Source of the DNA: Mobula hypostoma
Lineage: Eukaryota
Assembly (NCBI RefSeq): GCF_963921235.1
Contig: NC_086097.1
Span: 235,230,001 to 235,294,000, forward strand
Length of the DNA: 64,000 nucleotides
Direction: 5' to 3'
The notes beneath the pieces were generated by a model, which had not been told where the DNA came from, did not search any database, and saw only the letters and a program-made list of their open reading frames with translations. This document shows, piece after piece, positions 61,370 to 64,000 of the stretch; within the stretch, counting starts at the first letter, position 1; each line of letters begins with the position of its first letter. Position numbers and translations under genes: made by a program.

Positions 61370-63980
61370 AAAGTGACGGGTTACACCTGAACGCACAGGG
61401 AACCAATATTCTCGTGGGCAGGTTCGTTAGATCTGTTGGGGAAGGTTTAAGCTAATTTGGCAGAGGTGTGGGAACCAGAGTGAAGGGACTCAGGAGATGA
61501 CAGATTGTAGAAAAGCAAAGAGAGCAGTCGGACTGTCAGGGAGGGCAGGCAGGTAATGAGACATAGTCGCAGCCAACAGGGTGAGTATCAGTATATTAGG
61601 CTTGCAAAATCAAAAAGGGTAGCAAATACGGTACTCAAGGTGTTGTATCTTTATGCCTGGAGTATAAGAAATAAGGTGGATGATCTTGTTGCATTACTAC
61701 AGATTGTCAGGTGCGACGATGTGGCCATCACTGAATCATGACGGAAGGATAGTTGTAGTTGGGAGCTGAATGTCCAAGGTACACATTGTATCAGAGGGAT
61801 AGGAAGGTAGTCAGAGCGGGTAGCCTGGCTCTGCTGCTAAAGAATGGCATCAAATCAGTAGAAAGATATGACATAGGATTGGAATCTGTTGAATCCTTGT
61901 GAGTTGAGTTCAGAAACTGCAAAGGTAAAGGACCCTGAAGGTAGTTATATACAGTCCTCCCAACAGTAATTGGGATGTGGACCATGGATTACAATAGAGA
62001 ATATAAAGAGGCAATAGTCATGGGAGATGTCAACATGCAGGTCGATTGGGAAAATCAGGTTGGTCATAGATCTCAAGAGAATGAGTTTGTTCAAAGCCTA
62101 CAAGGTGGCTTTTTAGAGCAGTTTGTAGTTGAACGTACTAGGGGATCAGTGATACTGGATTGGCTGCTTTGTAATGAACTGGATGTGATGAGGGAGCTTC
62201 AGGTAAAAGAACCCTTAGGAGACAGTGATCACAATATGATTGAGTTCAACTTGAAATTTGATAGGGAGAAAGTAAAGTATCCCTATCTAATACATAGCAG
62301 TATTTTGGTGGAGTAAAGGAAATTGCAGTGATATGAAAGAAGAGTTGGCCAAAGTAAATTGGAAGGAGATGCTGGCAGAGATGAGAGCAGAGCAGCAATG
62401 GTGTGAGTTTCTGAGAAAAATTAGGAAGGTGCAGGATAGATGGATCACAAAAATGAAAAAAATACTCAAATGGCAAAATAGTACAACCGTGACTGACAAG
62501 GGAAGTCAAAGCTAATTAAAAACTAAAGAGAGGGCATACAACAAAGTAAAAAAATAGTGGGTAGACAGAGGATTAGGATGCTTTTAAAAACCTGCTGAGA
62601 GCAATAAAAGAATCATTAGGAGGGAAAAGAAGAAATATGAACACAAGCTGGCAAACAATATCAAAGTGGATAGTAACAGATTTTTCAACTATGTAAAAAA
62701 ATAAGAGAGATGAGTGTGGATACAGCACCGCTAGATAAGAAGGCTGGATAAGTAATAACAGGGGACAAGGAGATGGCAGATGAATTAAATGAGCATTTTA
62801 CATCAGTCTTCACTGTTGAAGACACTAGCAGGGGGCAAGGAGTTGAAGGGTGTGAGTGAAGTGAGGTGAGTGCAGTTACTATTATAAGGGAGAAAGTGCT
62901 CAAAAAGCTGAAAGACCTACAGGTCACCTGGACCAGATGAACTGCACCCTAGGATTCTGAAAGAGGAAGCGGTAGAGATCTTGGAGGCTTTCAAAAACAA
63001 TTGGACTCTGTCATGGTGCCAGAGGAGTGGAGAATTGTCAGTAGTCACTCCACACTTTAAGAAGGGAGGAAGGCAGCAAAAAGGAAATTATAGACCAGTT
63101 AGCCTGACCTCAGTGGTTGGGAAGATGTTGGAGTCAATTGTTAAGGATGAAGTTATGGAGCACTTGGTGACACAGGGCAAAGTCAGTATGGTTAGTATTA
63201 AGAAGAAAAGAAAGTGGATAGCCAGTGCCTCTTCCCCAGGGCACCACTGCTCAATACAAGATGACATGGCTTTAAGGGGTGGGAAGTGCAAGGGGGATAT
63301 TAGAGGAAGATTTTTTACTCAGAGAGTGGTTGGTGCATGGAATACACTGCCTGAGTCAGTGGTGGAGGCAGATACACTAGTGAAATTTAAGAGACTATTA
63401 GACAGGTATATGGAGGAATTTAAGGTGGGGGGTTATTTGGAAGGCAGGGTTTAAGGGTTGGCACAACATTGTGGGCCGAAGGGCCTGTACTGTGCTGTAC
63501 TATTCTATGTTCTATGTTTCCTTAAGGGAAAATCTTGCCTTACAAACCTGTTGGAATTCTTTGAAGTGATTACACATAGAATAGATAAAGGGGATGCAGT
63601 GGATATTGTGTATTTGGACTTCCAGAAGGCCTTTGACAAGGTGTCACATGTGAGGCTACTTACCAAATTAAGAGCCCATGGTATTACAAGAAAGTTACTA
63701 AGATGGTTAGAGCATTGGTTGATTGTTAGAAGACAGTGAGTGGGAATAAAGGGATCGTTTTCTGGTTGGCTGCCAGTGACTAGTGGTATTCCACAGGGGT
63801 TAGGGGTTGGGGTGGAGACCGTTTCTTTTTAAGCTGTATATCAATGATATAGATGATGGAATAGATATCTTTGTTGCCAAGTTTTCAGATGATATGAAGA
63901 TATGAAGGAGGGGCAGGTAGTGCTGAGGAAACAGGTAGGACTTAAACAGATTAAGAGAATAGGCAAGAGAGTGGCAAATA
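61370..63980 (+). mobile_element. Degraded CR1 (ORF1 end plus ORF2) with a younger CR1 3' end nested at ~63215-63516
   Basis: SIRNKVD, VAITES, LGDSDHN, GNYRPVSLTS, YLDFQKAFDKV. The nested piece matches 44612-44910. Confidence 0.88.
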
Positions 63981-64000
63981 GAAACATAGAAACATAGAAA

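Overview
This is repeat-saturated vertebrate non-coding DNA (intergenic or intronic), most likely from a cartilaginous fish. That assignment is inferred from the mix of V-SINEs, Deu-domain SINEs, CR1, Rex/Babar and Penelope repeats. No host protein-coding gene is recognisable, and the identifiable ORFs are retrotransposon or transposon derived. The window holds many CR1 LINEs (one 5'-truncated copy with an open 751-aa ORF2), Rex1/Babar and RTE LINEs, a decayed chromodomain Gypsy, six solo LTRs with 4-bp TSDs, Tc1/mariner/Tigger remnants, and an ORF1-only L1. The most notable signals are RNA-level. (1) A 563-bp non-coding retroposon at 49688-50250, with a 13-bp TSD, has a first base that matches the predicted cleavage site of an HDV-like ribozyme fold, which carries an unusually long L3 loop. 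(2) Minimal hammerhead ribozyme motifs occur in Penelope 3' ends and in short ~135-bp modules flanked by their own TSDs. All structures were paired by eye and none is tested. Boundaries of decayed elements are approximate.
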